A stretch of 63,483 nt of DNA, the filler included, from Deltaproteobacteria bacterium (GTDB lineage Bacteria; JAUYMQ01), in NCBI GenBank assembly GCA_030698575.1. It is 10 parts of 10 records of this genome, joined end to end, with 100 filler letters (N's around TTAATTAATTAA, not from the genome) between each part and the next. Parts side by side here need not be neighbours in the genome. Positions count along the whole stretch, not along the records: positions 8,350 to 12,956 come from JAUYMQ010000140.1; positions 13,057 to 16,209 come from JAUYMQ010000143.1; positions 16,310 to 37,931 come from JAUYMQ010000169.1; 7 more parts are not named here. The stretch is one strand, 5' to 3'. The notes under the pieces are model-generated. The model did no database searches, was not told the DNA's origin, and saw nothing but the letters and a program-made list of their open reading frames with translations. Numbering within the stretch: position 1 is the first letter of the stretch; every line of letters begins with the position of its first letter. Of this stretch, positions 8,350-18,554 are shown in pieces. The position numbers were made by a program, and so were the translations under genes.

Positions 8350-11228
8350 CCGGTGTCGTAAATATCGTTGCAACCGCCGTCATCGAGCAGGTCCATCGCC
8401 CATTGCGGCAATGCGATCCCCGCGTTCTTGTGGCTATCTCGGACCGCCCCAGCCAGCCAATCGGCGAAGAAGTTCAGGCTCCGATTCGTCGCCGAGAGCG
8501 CTGATTTATTGCCTTCCGGCAGGTGACACGCGCGTGCTTCAGTTATGCGTACGTGTTGGAGCCGTTCGGCACCTTCATACCCGTTCAAGAGATCCTCAAC
8601 CAGTGGGAGAACCTCATCGCTTCCGATGAACCCAATTCTACTTTCTTTTCTCAGCAACTCGTCCAACAAATCGCTCACTGCTTTAGCGGTAGCTGTTCCT
8701 TCCAGAAGGCCATCCACGGCTTCATGAAAACGAATGAGCTGGGAGTTCGGGGCAGCGGGTAGCGGGAAACCACGTTTTAAGAAATCCGCGAGCACGGTAT
8801 AGAGACTTAGTCTGTCTTCTCGTGACCCAGAGAAAAGCGTCAACAGAGTCCCGGCCGCCTTCCACCCGCGCTGATTCGGCGCGAATACTTCCGGGTACAG
8901 CCCAAACTGGTCGCGCAGTTCACGGAGCTGCGCCTCTGCGAATAGCCGTGCTGGCCGATTTCGGACGTCTGTGCATACACCGAAGGTCCAGTTCTTGTCT
9001 ATCTCCTCGTCCACGATCACGTGGAACAAAGCAATTTCGATCGCGGTTCTGAACAGCGTCCGATGCAGCCTATCCAGGCTCCGCGCGGTTGTTGAAGTCC
9101 TTCCGATACGCGTGGCGACTGCCCCTTCCGGATCAAGCACGGTCAATGCAATGGCTCGCAGCGCCACGCCAGAATCTGATGCTTCATTAATTATCTTCGT
9201 CCCGTAGACTTCTAAGGACTCAGGACTCGTGTCTTTGTACTTGCCTAGCCCACCGGGCCCCCAGTGTATCTTGCAATCTTTGAGCTTTTTGTCGAAGGTC
9301 TGTTCCATCGACGAATCAGGGAACAACGCGAGGATGCCGCCAACCGTGAACGGCACCTGCCCCGCGTCACCTGATTCGTCCAGGTAAAGGGACGCGTGCC
9401 GGTATCCAGTGCCGACTGTTCGTCGAACATGAGTGGTCGTAGGTACGCCGGTTGCAGAGCTGATGGACCTCCTCCCGCGGAGAAGAACAGCCGCTTCCGT
9501 GAGTGCCTCGGCGAAAGCCCGATCCGTTTCCTCAGCGACGTTCGACGCATCACCGAAGAACCGGGGCTTCGAGAAGCGGGTCACCACGCTCTCGTAGCCG
9601 TCCAGTTTCGCGACGATGTCTCGGCGGCCCGTTGAGGAGAAGAGAACGATCGGAAGAGACATGTCGGCAAGAGCCGTAAGCCTTGGGAGCACTGTCAGTG
9701 CGGCCGACGGGTCGTTGGCGTCCCCATACCGAAGAACATCCGAGAGCGGAGTTGGCGGTTCCGTTGTCTTCTTCAGGGCGCGTGCATTCGCCCAACCTAA
9801 GCTCTGCTTCCCGGCGCGGCGCTCTACGACCACGCCACTGACCTGGAATTCAATCACCTCACCGACACTCACATCAATGCGTGAGTCCCCTGTTTCTCCG
9901 ATCGGGACAAATAGGTGACCACCGACCTCGATCGTCTCTCTCCACAGGTTCGCATCGCCCCTCGACACCGGCCCAACCCCGCAAGCGACCTCGCAGGACG
10001 AAGAGGGGCCTGTCCCGTGCCGACGACTGTAGACGACAGCACGCAGGAGTCCCGCCCAAGCGGCCCATCGCTCGAGCCGTGATACCTCGCTTGGTATGAA
10101 CCCGGGCCACGGCAGGGAGGGGCTTTGGGGGGTGTCGGTAGCAAGAAATCGTTTCACCAGTGGCATGGCGCTGCTAATGAATGCTTTAGCGGCAGCACCA
10201 TCGGGCGGGAAAAGGCGCAGGTCGAGAAGAAGGATCTCGCTGGTGCCTGCTGATTCGCCCGTCAGGCGTAGCCGAAATCGGGCGTCCTTTGGCACGGTTG
10301 TGGACGGATCCGCGTTGGACGTTTCAAGTGCCTTGGTCAGGCGGTCAAGAAGCCAGTCGGGGGTCCCCGACACCCAGAGGCTCACCCCGCTGTCTGGGCT
10401 ACCGAGCAAGCAGCCCGGGTCGCCTGAGGCAGCGGCGCGAATTCGGTCAGCGCCGCCATTGTCCCACGGCAGACCTAGGCAACGACCAACCCATTCGGCC
10501 CAGCCATGATGCCACTGATCATCGAGGAGGACGACTCGCACGGGCGCGAGTTCCCGCAGTCCGTCGAGGTCCTTAGCGGCGCCTGCGGACGGCTTTTCAT
10601 TTCCAGGTGGTATGAGTCCGGCTGCCTCCAGGAGGTGCCAGAGCGCTTTTGAATGACCAGCAACGTCTTCGTGACGCCGAGACAGGAGCACCATCGGACC
10701 GATGAGGTTCGTGATCGCGTGGCGATCGCTTGACGGGTGCGGGGCCGTGAGCACAGCACGCCGAAGCGCGAGGAAGTCGCTCGGCGAGGAATCCATCGTC
10801 GAGCGGTCGCAACTAGAGAACAAGACCTGAAGCTCGTCGCGCGATCGTACCGCCAGGTCAGCAGGTTGAATAATGCGAAGCCAAGGGAAACTGGACCGAT
10901 CGAGCTGCGAATAGAGCGCGGCGGCCGGGCTTTTTAAGTGTTTCCGTGGATCTAGGTCGACGACCGTCACCTGCACATCGATGCGTTTCGCAGCCGCGCA
11001 TGCTGCCCAGTCCAGAGGCGTGATATGAGGCCCGGTGGCTATGGGAGCGACGGAAGGGTCTGCCGCCGTTCCCGACCAGCAGATAACCACGAGCTTGCTC
11101 GCAAGGTCCACACAGCCGTCATCCAGGGAAGCCCAGAGAGCATCGAAGTCGCGAAAGTCTGCGTAATCGAATACACACGCACCGCTCGGGTCTAGTAGCC
11201 TCCGAAGCACCTTGGCTGCCTCACCCAT
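8350..11228 (-). CDS. Large multidomain protein: split receiver-like domain, possible OB-fold insert, C-terminal DUF3800-like (RNase H fold) domain; 3' end cut
   Basis: VVLLDDQW / ILLLDLRL / LPIVLFSSTG / FSKP receiver elements; SLYLDESG ... FFADWLAG DUF3800-like motifs; open frame of more than 950 codons. Confidence 0.6.
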
Positions 11229-11234
11229 CGAGTG

Positions 11235-12956
11235 TTACCTCTCTAACGCCTTCTTGACGTGTTCCTTGACCAGTTCATCGTCGGAGAGCACTGGGCAATC
11301 ACGCGCAGCGCGCCGATGGAAGCTGGTATCGGCCATGCGCACGAGCCACTTCACCACGTCGTAGGCCTTGGTCGCATCGCCTCCCTTCCCCGGCCTCAAC
11401 TCTTTCCGGTCAAGGAGCAGGCGCACCGCCTCGAGGGTCGACTCGCCCGAGCTCTGCTCCCTCGCACGGAGTGCCGCGCCGAGCATCCGAAGCACCAGGC
11501 GAGCGTAGGCCTCCTGCAGGCGCGGAAGGGCACCCTTGAGCACGGCTTGCTCCGCAGGGATCACCAACTCGAGCATCTTGTCGATAAACTGTTCCAGTGT
11601 AGCCGGCGAACTTTCCGCGCCTCCCGACTGAAGTTCTGAAGGCGTCGTAATCCCGCTGGAACGAGCGCAGACGTCGCTGCCGCGAGCACTGGGGAGGACG
11701 TTATCGTCGAGCGCATCCCTCCGCGTGGCCGCGGGGGACTTGCTTATTGGAGGTTCGCCAAGCGGTGTTGCGGTTCTCGCTCCCGTCTGCCGGACTCCAG
11801 CCGGAGGTGACACAACCCGGCCGACGCCTCGCTGGACTTCCTCGACCCCTAGGCTTTGGGCCGCCGACATGACGTGGCCCAACTCCACGATGTCGAAATC
11901 AGGGCCGAGCGTGGAGACAGCGCCATCCGCAATGTGATGTAGTACTACAACATTCTTGTTCTTCCAGTCGACAGACCTCAGATAATCATCGACGCCGCTC
12001 CCGACATCCACTGGGCGCGAGGCGGCTTGGCGCTCTCTGGCCTGCCTGACGCGCTCGCGGAAGAGCAGCGGAATGTCTTCCCGGGTCTCATTCAGGGACG
12101 GCGCCACGATGCGCGGGCCCACATCGTTCAACAGGTCTACGCGAAACCTGCGTCTCTTCCGCTCCTCCTCGTCCCAAAGATCGATATTGGTGGCGCTGAC
12201 GAGCAGTAGGTCCACCTTGATTCGCCCGGTCGGAACATCCCTTCCCCCCTTCCGCTCCTCCTCCAATTCACCGATCACGGATTCCATGGCTTGCTTCACC
12301 GTTTCGTTCTTGGTGTCTCGGGTCGGCATGTTCCCCGTGCGGCTGATCGTGCGCATGCCCTGTTTGTCGCGGCGGCGGAGATCGATCAGGAGTCCCTGAA
12401 GCGGCGGGGTGAGGTCCGCGAACTCGTCAATCAATAAAGTGCCTTTGTGTGCCTGCTCGACCTTCCCTGGTTGCGAGTTGGGGGCCGTATTATGTCCCCC
12501 TCCCCATGTGCCGTACAATTCGATCTTTACGACCCCGGCGTCTCTCTCCTCAGCGGTCCATTTGATCGGCAACCCATCCCTTCGCGCCCAGTGATGGAGA
12601 TAGCGCGCCAACTCCTCCTTGCCCGTCCCGGTCTCACCAAACATCGCGATGTTGCGGAACCTATCGAGGGCCTTCACACGCGTCTCTCGCAGCGCCTCAA
12701 GGAGCGGCACGGACTTTCCCACAAGTCGATCCCCTTCGGGGCGGTCGTCATCGAGGAGTGCGTGGCGCCAGACGCGACGGTCAAGTTCTGTTGCACCGTT
12801 ACCCTCGATATCCTTCTTTGGGAGAAAACCGTCCGCCGCGCTGGCTTTGTCGCGCAGTTCCGCTCGCTCGGTAAGCATGACAACCGGCAGACCCCGCAGG
12901 TCTTGGGCCTCCCGAAGCGCCAGCAGAACGAGGAGGCCGAAGTCGCCGTCGCCCGA
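11235..12956 (-). CDS. NtrC-like receiver + sigma54-activator-type AAA+ ATPase with degenerate GAFTGA; 5' end cut
   Basis: Frame is open to the contig end (FGLLVLLALR...LPVVMLT...ADGFLPK, a half receiver domain); Walker A GETGTGKE; Walker B TLLIDE; SATN; FRVDL; PSLNETREDIPLL. Confidence 0.8.
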   Translation of the reverse strand, partial: SGDGDFGLLVLLALREAQDLRGLPVVMLTERAELRDKASAADGFLPKKDIEGNGATELDRRVWRHALLDDDRPEGDRLVGKSVPLLEALRETRVKALDRFRNIAMFGETGTGKEELARYLHHWARRDGLPIKWTAEERDAGVVKIELYGTWGGGHNTAPNSQPGKVEQAHKGTLLIDEFADLTPPLQGLLIDLRRRDKQGMRTISRTGNMPTRDTKNETVKQAMESVIGELEEERKGGRDVPTGRIKVDLLLVSATNIDLWDEEERKRRRFRVDLLNDVGPRIVAPSLNETREDIPLLFRERVRQARERQAASRPVDVGSGVDDYLRSVDWKNKNVVVLHHIADGAVSTLGPDFDIVELGHVMSAAQSLGVEEVQRGVGRVVSPPAGVRQTGARTATPLGEPPISKSPAATRRDALDDNVLPSARGSDVCARSSGITTPSELQSGGAESSPATLEQFIDKMLELVIPAEQAVLKGALPRLQEAYARLVLRMLGAALRAREQSSGESTLEAVRLLLDRKELRPGKGGDATKAYDVVKWLVRMADTSFHRRAARDCPVLSDDELVKEHVKKALER

Positions 12957-13057
12957 NNNNNNNNNNNNNNNNNNNNNNNNNNNNNNNNNNNNNNNNNNNN
13001 TTAATTAATTAANNNNNNNNNNNNNNNNNNNNNNNNNNNNNNNNNNNNNNNNNNNNG

Positions 13058-14203
13058 TACCCCTTGCGGGGGGCCGACGTCTTCACCTCGGTCAACCCGC
13101 TTCTGGGGGCCTGGTGCGTCATCGAGTTCGCGCTGACACGCCTGCGCCATCGTTTGTTCCGGAGTAAGGAGCAGGATAGCTTCGAGTCCTGGGTTACCAG
13201 CCGTTTCGGTAGAACGCTCTACAACATCTACTTCGGGCCCTACACCAAGAAGGTTTGGGGGCGTGATCCCAGCCAGCTTGCCGGCTCCTTCGCGTCGCAG
13301 CGGATCCCGGTGCTCCACCTCTGGGACCTGATCCAGCGAACGTTCCTGGGCAAGCGTGGCGGAAGCCACCGCCACAACCCCTATGCGGATATTTCCTACT
13401 ACCCACGCAAGGGGATCGGGCAGATCAGCGACCGTCTCACCGAGGAGGTCGTCTCGAACGGGGGGAAGATCTGGACCGAGGTGGAGATCCTGGGCGTGAA
13501 GACCGAGGGAGGCAAAATACGCAGCGTGAAGCTGAGGCGCGGCGGGCAGCCGGAGGAGCTGCCCTGCGATTTCCTCCTCTCGACCATTCCCGTCCGTGAG
13601 CTGATCCCGCTGTTCGATCCGGCCCCGCCTGAGGCGGTGCTCGGCGCCGCCGAGGGCGTGCACTACCGATCGGCCCGGCTCATGTATCTGCTCGTGGACC
13701 GCGAGCAGATTTCAGGCACCCCGTGGATTTACTTCTCGAACCCGGAGGTCATCTTCAACCGGATCTACGAGATCCGCGTGTTCAGCTCCGAAATGGTTCC
13801 GGCGGGAAAAACGGCGCTCTGCGTGGAGGTGACCTGCGACGCGGAGGACGAGACCTGGTCGGCGACCGACGCGACGATCTACTCGAAGATCATCGGTCCC
13901 CTCGAGGAGGCGGGCCTTCTCGAGGGCAGCCACGTCTACGACTACTTCAGCCGGTGTCTCCGATACGCCTATCCGATCTACGAAGTCGGTTTCGAGGCGA
14001 GGATGAACGCGATCTTGGGCTACCTGGACGGCTTCGACAACGTGCTCACCTACGGGCGCCAGGGCATCTTCTCCTACACGAACACCGACCATTCAATTGA
14101 CATGGGGTTCCGCGCCGCCAATTTTGTTCATGACTTCCTCGGCGGCCGCGAACCCGGCACACCCAAGCGCGACCTGTACCGTGATTATTCGGTCGGCTAC
14201 TGA
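13058..14203 (+). CDS. FAD-dependent oxidoreductase (protoporphyrinogen oxidase/UDP-galactopyranose mutase-like, polysaccharide-cluster type); 5' end cut
   Basis: FGRTLYNIYFGPYTKKVWG, YPRKGIGQI, AYPIY and GRQGIFSYTNTDHSI motifs. Confidence 0.75.
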   Translation, partial: YPLRGADVFTSVNPLLGAWCVIEFALTRLRHRLFRSKEQDSFESWVTSRFGRTLYNIYFGPYTKKVWGRDPSQLAGSFASQRIPVLHLWDLIQRTFLGKRGGSHRHNPYADISYYPRKGIGQISDRLTEEVVSNGGKIWTEVEILGVKTEGGKIRSVKLRRGGQPEELPCDFLLSTIPVRELIPLFDPAPPEAVLGAAEGVHYRSARLMYLLVDREQISGTPWIYFSNPEVIFNRIYEIRVFSSEMVPAGKTALCVEVTCDAEDETWSATDATIYSKIIGPLEEAGLLEGSHVYDYFSRCLRYAYPIYEVGFEARMNAILGYLDGFDNVLTYGRQGIFSYTNTDHSIDMGFRAANFVHDFLGGREPGTPKRDLYRDYSVGY

Positions 14204-14280
14204 GCCGGCCCTGCGACCGGCGCTGCTCTGAACCCGCGGGTGCCGGTTACTCAGCCTGGGAGCGAGCCGAGAGAGGCAAG

Positions 14281-15465
14281 ATGCACGAGCGCCCCGCCAT
14301 TCTGGGAGGCAAGCCGGCCTTTCGGGAGCTGATTGACATCGTCAGGCCCGGCCTGCCGCCACTGGAGAAGCTCCGGGACGCCTTCAGCGAGGTCCTGGAG
14401 AACGGAAAGATCACGAACAACAGCCGGTTCGTGCGGCGCTTCGAGCAAGTGATCTCGGAGCACGTAGATACGCCCGCCGCCGCCGTGGCGAACGGGACCC
14501 TGGGGCTCATGCTGCTGCTGAAGGCGCTCGGCCGCGGGGGCGAAGTGGTGATGCCGAGCTTCACCTTTCCCGCTACGGCCCACGCAGCGCGCTGGTGCGG
14601 CATGGCGGTGCGTTTCGCGGATATCGATCCTGAGACGTGGAATCTCAGTCCGGAAGCGGCCGCGCGGGCGTGCGGACCCGACACCGTTGCGATCATGGGG
14701 GTCCATGTCTTCGGGGTTCCCTGCGATGTCGACGCGCTGTCGGAGGTCGCCCGGCGCGCAGGGGTGCCGCTACTCTTCGACGCGGCCCACGCCTTCGGCG
14801 CCACCTACCGCGGGCGCGCGGTCGGCGGCCTGGGCCAGGGCGAGGTGTTCAGCTTCCACGCCACCAAAATTCTCGGCGTGGGGGAGGGCGGCGCCGTCAC
14901 CACGGCCGATCCCGCATGGCTCGATCTGGTGAAGGCCGGGCGCAATTTCGGCCTGGATAAATCAGGCGATTGTGCCGATGCGGGTCTGAACGCGAAGATG
15001 TCGGAGCTGTTCGCGATCATTGGCCTGACGGTCCTCGAGACCTTCACCGAGCGGCTGGCCCAGAGGCGGCGGGTGGGTGTGCTCCTGCGGGAGCGGATCG
15101 GAAAGCTCGCCGGGCTCACGCTGCAGCGGATTCCCGAGAGCTGCGAGTCGACCCACCAGAACTTCGCAGTCCTGGTCGATGCCACGGCCTTCGGGCTTGC
15201 CCGGGACGAGCTCCACGCTGCGATGACCGCCGAGAACGTGATGACACGAAAGTACTTCCACCCGGCGCTTCATACCATGAGCTGTTACAGGGGGGAGGCG
15301 GCTCAGGATGATCTGGCCGAAACGGAGCGGGTGGCGGAACGGGTGCTGTGTTTTCCGATCTACTCGGACATGACCGATTTGGAAGTGAACATATTGGTGG
15401 GCGCGCTCGAGCGGATTCACGCGGATCGCGGGGCGGTCCGGGCGCGCCTGCGGGAGAAGCGCTAG
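14281..15465 (+). CDS. DegT/DnrJ/EryC1/StrS PLP-dependent sugar aminotransferase (VioA-like)
   Basis: ANGTLGL, PSFTFPAT, DAAHAFG and SFHATK (PLP lysine) motifs. Confidence 0.9.
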   Translation: MHERPAILGGKPAFRELIDIVRPGLPPLEKLRDAFSEVLENGKITNNSRFVRRFEQVISEHVDTPAAAVANGTLGLMLLLKALGRGGEVVMPSFTFPATAHAARWCGMAVRFADIDPETWNLSPEAAARACGPDTVAIMGVHVFGVPCDVDALSEVARRAGVPLLFDAAHAFGATYRGRAVGGLGQGEVFSFHATKILGVGEGGAVTTADPAWLDLVKAGRNFGLDKSGDCADAGLNAKMSELFAIIGLTVLETFTERLAQRRRVGVLLRERIGKLAGLTLQRIPESCESTHQNFAVLVDATAFGLARDELHAAMTAENVMTRKYFHPALHTMSCYRGEAAQDDLAETERVAERVLCFPIYSDMTDLEVNILVGALERIHADRGAVRARLREKR

Positions 15466-15478
15466 AAGGAGTGCAACA

Positions 15479-16209
15479 ATGAGAAGGATCCTTGTTACGG
15501 GCGGGGCCGGCTTCATCGGCAGCAACTTCATCCGGCACATGCTGAAAACGCATCCGGAAGACCAGATCTTTGTTCTGGACGATCTGACCTATGCCGGAAA
15601 CCTCTCGAACTTCGAGGACGAGACCTTCCGTTCGAGAAACTTCTTCTTCTGGAAGGGAAACGTGTGCGACCGTCCCACGGTCGAGCGCTTCGTCTCGCAG
15701 GTTGACCAGATCGTCCACTTCGCCGCCGAGACCCACGTCGACAACTCGATCTATAACACGGACGACTTCGTCGACACGGACGTGAAGGGCACGCAGATCC
15801 TGCTCGATGCCGTCCGGCGCAACCCCGTCGAGCGGTTCATCCAGATCTCGACCTCCGAGGTCTATGGAACGGCAGAGACCGAGCCCATGACGGAGGAACA
15901 CCCCCTGAACCCGCGCAGTCCCTACGCGAGCGCGAAGACAGGCGCGGACCGACTGGCCTACTCCTACCACATCACCTTCGATACCCCGATCATCATTCTC
16001 AGGCCATTCAACAACTACGGTCCTCGCCAGCACGTCGAGAAGCTCATTCCGTGCTTCATCACGCGCGCCCTGCGGAACCTTCGGCTCCCGATGCATGGGG
16101 ATGGCTCGAGTTCGCGCGACTGGGTGTTCGTGGACGACTGCGCGCGGGCAGTCGATCTGGCGCTGCAGGCCGATCTGCGCGAGGTGAAGGGGCAGGTGAT
16201 CAACGTGGG
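15479..16209 (+). CDS. rfbB: dTDP-glucose 4,6-dehydratase; 3' end cut
   Basis: TGGAGFIGSNF, LTYAGN, HFAAETHVDNSI, STSEVYG, PYASAK and NNYGPRQ motifs. Confidence 0.85.
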
Positions 16210-16309
16210 NNNNNNNNNNNNNNNNNNNNNNNNNNNNNNNNNNNNNNNNNNNNTTAATTAATTAANNNNNNNNNNNNNNNNNNNNNNNNNNNNNNNNNNN
16301 NNNNNNNNN

Positions 16310-16388
16310 CGATGGTCGCAATCGGCATGGCCCTGCTCCCTCGTCCGCGGGGCGGCTGGCTACAGGTCGTTCCGATCCTCGGCGAAGG
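16310..16388. repeat. 79-bp exact direct repeat, second copy at 16908-16986 (598-bp period)
   Basis: cgatggtcgcaatcggcatggccc...ccgatcctcggcgaagg occurs at both positions. Confidence 0.95.
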
Positions 16389-16926
16389 TCTCGAGGTCGG
16401 CGAGCCGGGCCATCGTGCCGTCCTCGTTCATGATCTCGCAGATGATGCTCGAGGGGTGAAGCCCCGCCAGGCGCGAGAGATCGACGCCCCCCTCGGTCTG
16501 CCCCGTCCGCGCCAGCACGCCGCCCGGCCGCGCGATGAGCGGAAATACATGGCCCGGCGTCTTGAGATCCTCGGGACCCGATTGCTCGTCGATGGCGGTG
16601 AGGATGGTGCGGCAGCGGTCGGCGGCCGAAACCCCCGTGGTGACGCCGCGCCTGGCGTCGATGGAGGTGGTGAAAGCGGTGCTGAGAGGGGCGGTGTTCT
16701 CGGAGGCCATGTAGGCGAGGCCGAGCCGGCGGGCAGCGTCTTCCGTGATCGGGAGGCAGATGAGGCCGCGTCCGTACTTCGCCATGAAGGCGATCGCCTC
16801 GGGAGTGCACTTCTCGGCCGCCATGCAGAGATCGCCTTCGTTCTCGCGATCCTCCGCGTCCATGACGACGATCATCTTCCCTGCGCGGATATCCTGGATG
16901 GCTTCTTCGATGGTCGCAATCGGCAT
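16360..16926 (-). CDS. ribB: 3,4-dihydroxy-2-butanone 4-phosphate synthase (RibB or RibBA N-terminal part) with a chimeric, truncated C-terminus
   Basis: [31 protein letters not shown] and [12 protein letters not shown] motifs. It ends FAEDRNDL, the same end as the upstream gene, because of the repeat. Confidence 0.88.
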   Translation of the reverse strand: MPIATIEEAIQDIRAGKMIVVMDAEDRENEGDLCMAAEKCTPEAIAFMAKYGRGLICLPITEDAARRLGLAYMASENTAPLSTAFTTSIDARRGVTTGVSAADRCRTILTAIDEQSGPEDLKTPGHVFPLIARPGGVLARTGQTEGGVDLSRLAGLHPSSIICEIMNEDGTMARLADLETFAEDRNDL

Positions 16927-16957
16927 GGCCCTGCTCCCTCGTCCGCGGGGCGGCTGG

Positions 16958-17524
16958 CTACAGGTCGTTCCGATCCTCGGCGAAGGGGCGGAGCATCTGG
17001 CTGCGGGATTTGTGGCGGAGCTTGCGGAGCGCCTTGGCCTCGATCTGGCGCACGCGTTCGCGGGTGACGCCGAGCATGAAGCCGACTTCCTCGAGCGTGT
17101 GGTTCCCCATCTCGTAGCCGACCCAGGCGCAGTTGTTGTAGTACATGTTGCGCACGAACCAGCGGCAGACCGTGCGGTCGCAGACGTCGGGGGGATAGCC
17201 GTCGAGGCCGCGCTCGCATCGCATGAGCGGGATCTTCCGGTCGGAGAGCTTGGCGACCATCTTCTTCACCCGCGCGGTCTTGGGCGGTCCCCACACGCGG
17301 AAGAAGTACGCGCCGCTGCCCTCGCCTGCCGCCGGCGCCGCACCTGAACCCTGCTTGCGCGCCCGGTTGTGGCTGTTGCCCTTCTGGGCGCCCGCCTTGG
17401 CGGCGTCTGTACTCTTGGATTTCTTGGACGGCACGCTCTTGCCCCTCCGCCTTCCCCCGCTGGGCCGCGGGGGGTTGCCCTTCGTCAGCATTTTCTTGAG
17501 GCGGTCAAGATAGGATATTCGCAT
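16958..17524 (-). CDS. Stand-alone sigma70 region-4 protein with a Cys4 motif and basic low-complexity N-terminus (188 aa)
   Basis: C-terminus [39 protein letters not shown] closely resembles RpoD region 4.2; preceded by C-x11-C-x4-C-x11-C; no region 2 or 3. Start codon uncertain. Confidence 0.8.
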   Translation of the reverse strand: MRISYLDRLKKMLTKGNPPRPSGGRRRGKSVPSKKSKSTDAAKAGAQKGNSHNRARKQGSGAAPAAGEGSGAYFFRVWGPPKTARVKKMVAKLSDRKIPLMRCERGLDGYPPDVCDRTVCRWFVRNMYYNNCAWVGYEMGNHTLEEVGFMLGVTRERVRQIEAKALRKLRHKSRSQMLRPFAEDRNDL

Positions 17525-18554
17525 GGCGCCCGTAAGCCCCTCGATCAGGCCCCTTCTCGTAGCGCGCAAGCACGCGCTGGCAGACCCGGCGCATCGCCTC
17601 GCGCGCTGAGAGGGGCTCGATAATCTCCGCCGCGGGCCCGTAGGGGAGCAGCCAGCGGACCACCCAGGCTTCCGAGCGCGCCCGCCGCGTGACCACCAGC
17701 GCGCCTCCAGGTTCGCGCTCCAGTTCCGCGTCGGCGCATCGCGCCTCGACGAAACGCGCCATCTCCGGTGAAAATCGAACGCGCACCGTGACATCGCCCG
17801 GGGCCGGCACGTACACCGGGCCCTCGCGGTAGCGGGAGGCGTCGAAGCGCTCACTGATCTCGAAGCGTTCACCGGTCGGCCGCGCCTCGCGCACGCGTGA
17901 GATGCGGAAGGTGCGCGTGTCGCCGCGAAGGTGGCACCAGGCCGCGCAGTACCAGGCTCCGCCGACATTCCAGAGCAGGTAGGGATCGATGCGCCGGGTC
18001 GTGATCATTTCACCCGCGTCGGCGAGGTAGTCGATCTCTATCCGCTCACGCTCCGCGCGCGCGCGTTCGACCGTGCGGAAGATCTCCGAAATCCCCTCCC
18101 GCTGGAACGCGAACGCACGCTCGAGATCGGCGAGCTGCCCGCGCTGCCCCGCGCTCGTGGCTTCGCGCACCTTGTCGATCGCCTTGGCCAACGCCGGGCT
18201 CACGGTGTACCCCTCCGCCCGGAGGAGATCGGCGCCCACGAGGAGCGCGAAAGCCTGCCGCGCGCTGAGCCGGATCGGGCGCTTCACGGCCGGCTCGATG
18301 TCCATCCCCACGTACCCGTCCTCGATGTATGCGTCGATGAGCTGGTGCGGCTCCAGGACGTCGTCGCCGAGCGTGGCAATGCGATCGATCGCCGCGACGA
18401 CCTCCTCGGGCGCCAGGTGAAAGCGCGCGGCGACTTCCTCCATCGGCACGCGGCCGTTCTCGTAGAGGTAGGGGATCATCGTAAGGAAGCGCTCGAGATC
18501 CTCCTGGGAGCCCGCGCGCTCGCGGCTTGGCGGTTTTCGGGCGGAGGCGCTCAT
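17505..18554 (-). CDS. WYL-domain transcriptional regulator, PafC-like
   Basis: N-terminal wHTH ([11 protein letters not shown]...EEVAARF); WYL domain (RRIDPY...[21 protein letters not shown]); WCX-like tail ([14 protein letters not shown]). Confidence 0.88.
   Translation of the reverse strand: MSASARKPPSRERAGSQEDLERFLTMIPYLYENGRVPMEEVAARFHLAPEEVVAAIDRIATLGDDVLEPHQLIDAYIEDGYVGMDIEPAVKRPIRLSARQAFALLVGADLLRAEGYTVSPALAKAIDKVREATSAGQRGQLADLERAFAFQREGISEIFRTVERARAERERIEIDYLADAGEMITTRRIDPYLLWNVGGAWYCAAWCHLRGDTRTFRISRVREARPTGERFEISERFDASRYREGPVYVPAPGDVTVRVRFSPEMARFVEARCADAELEREPGGALVVTRRARSEAWVVRWLLPYGPAAEIIEPLSAREAMRRVCQRVLARYEKGPDRGAYGRHANILS

Noticed and set aside
17525-17968. N-terminal extension making the sigma region-4 ORF 336 aa
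   Set aside because: It overlaps the pafC-like gene in another frame and shows no sigma region 2; ATG 17524 is more plausible.
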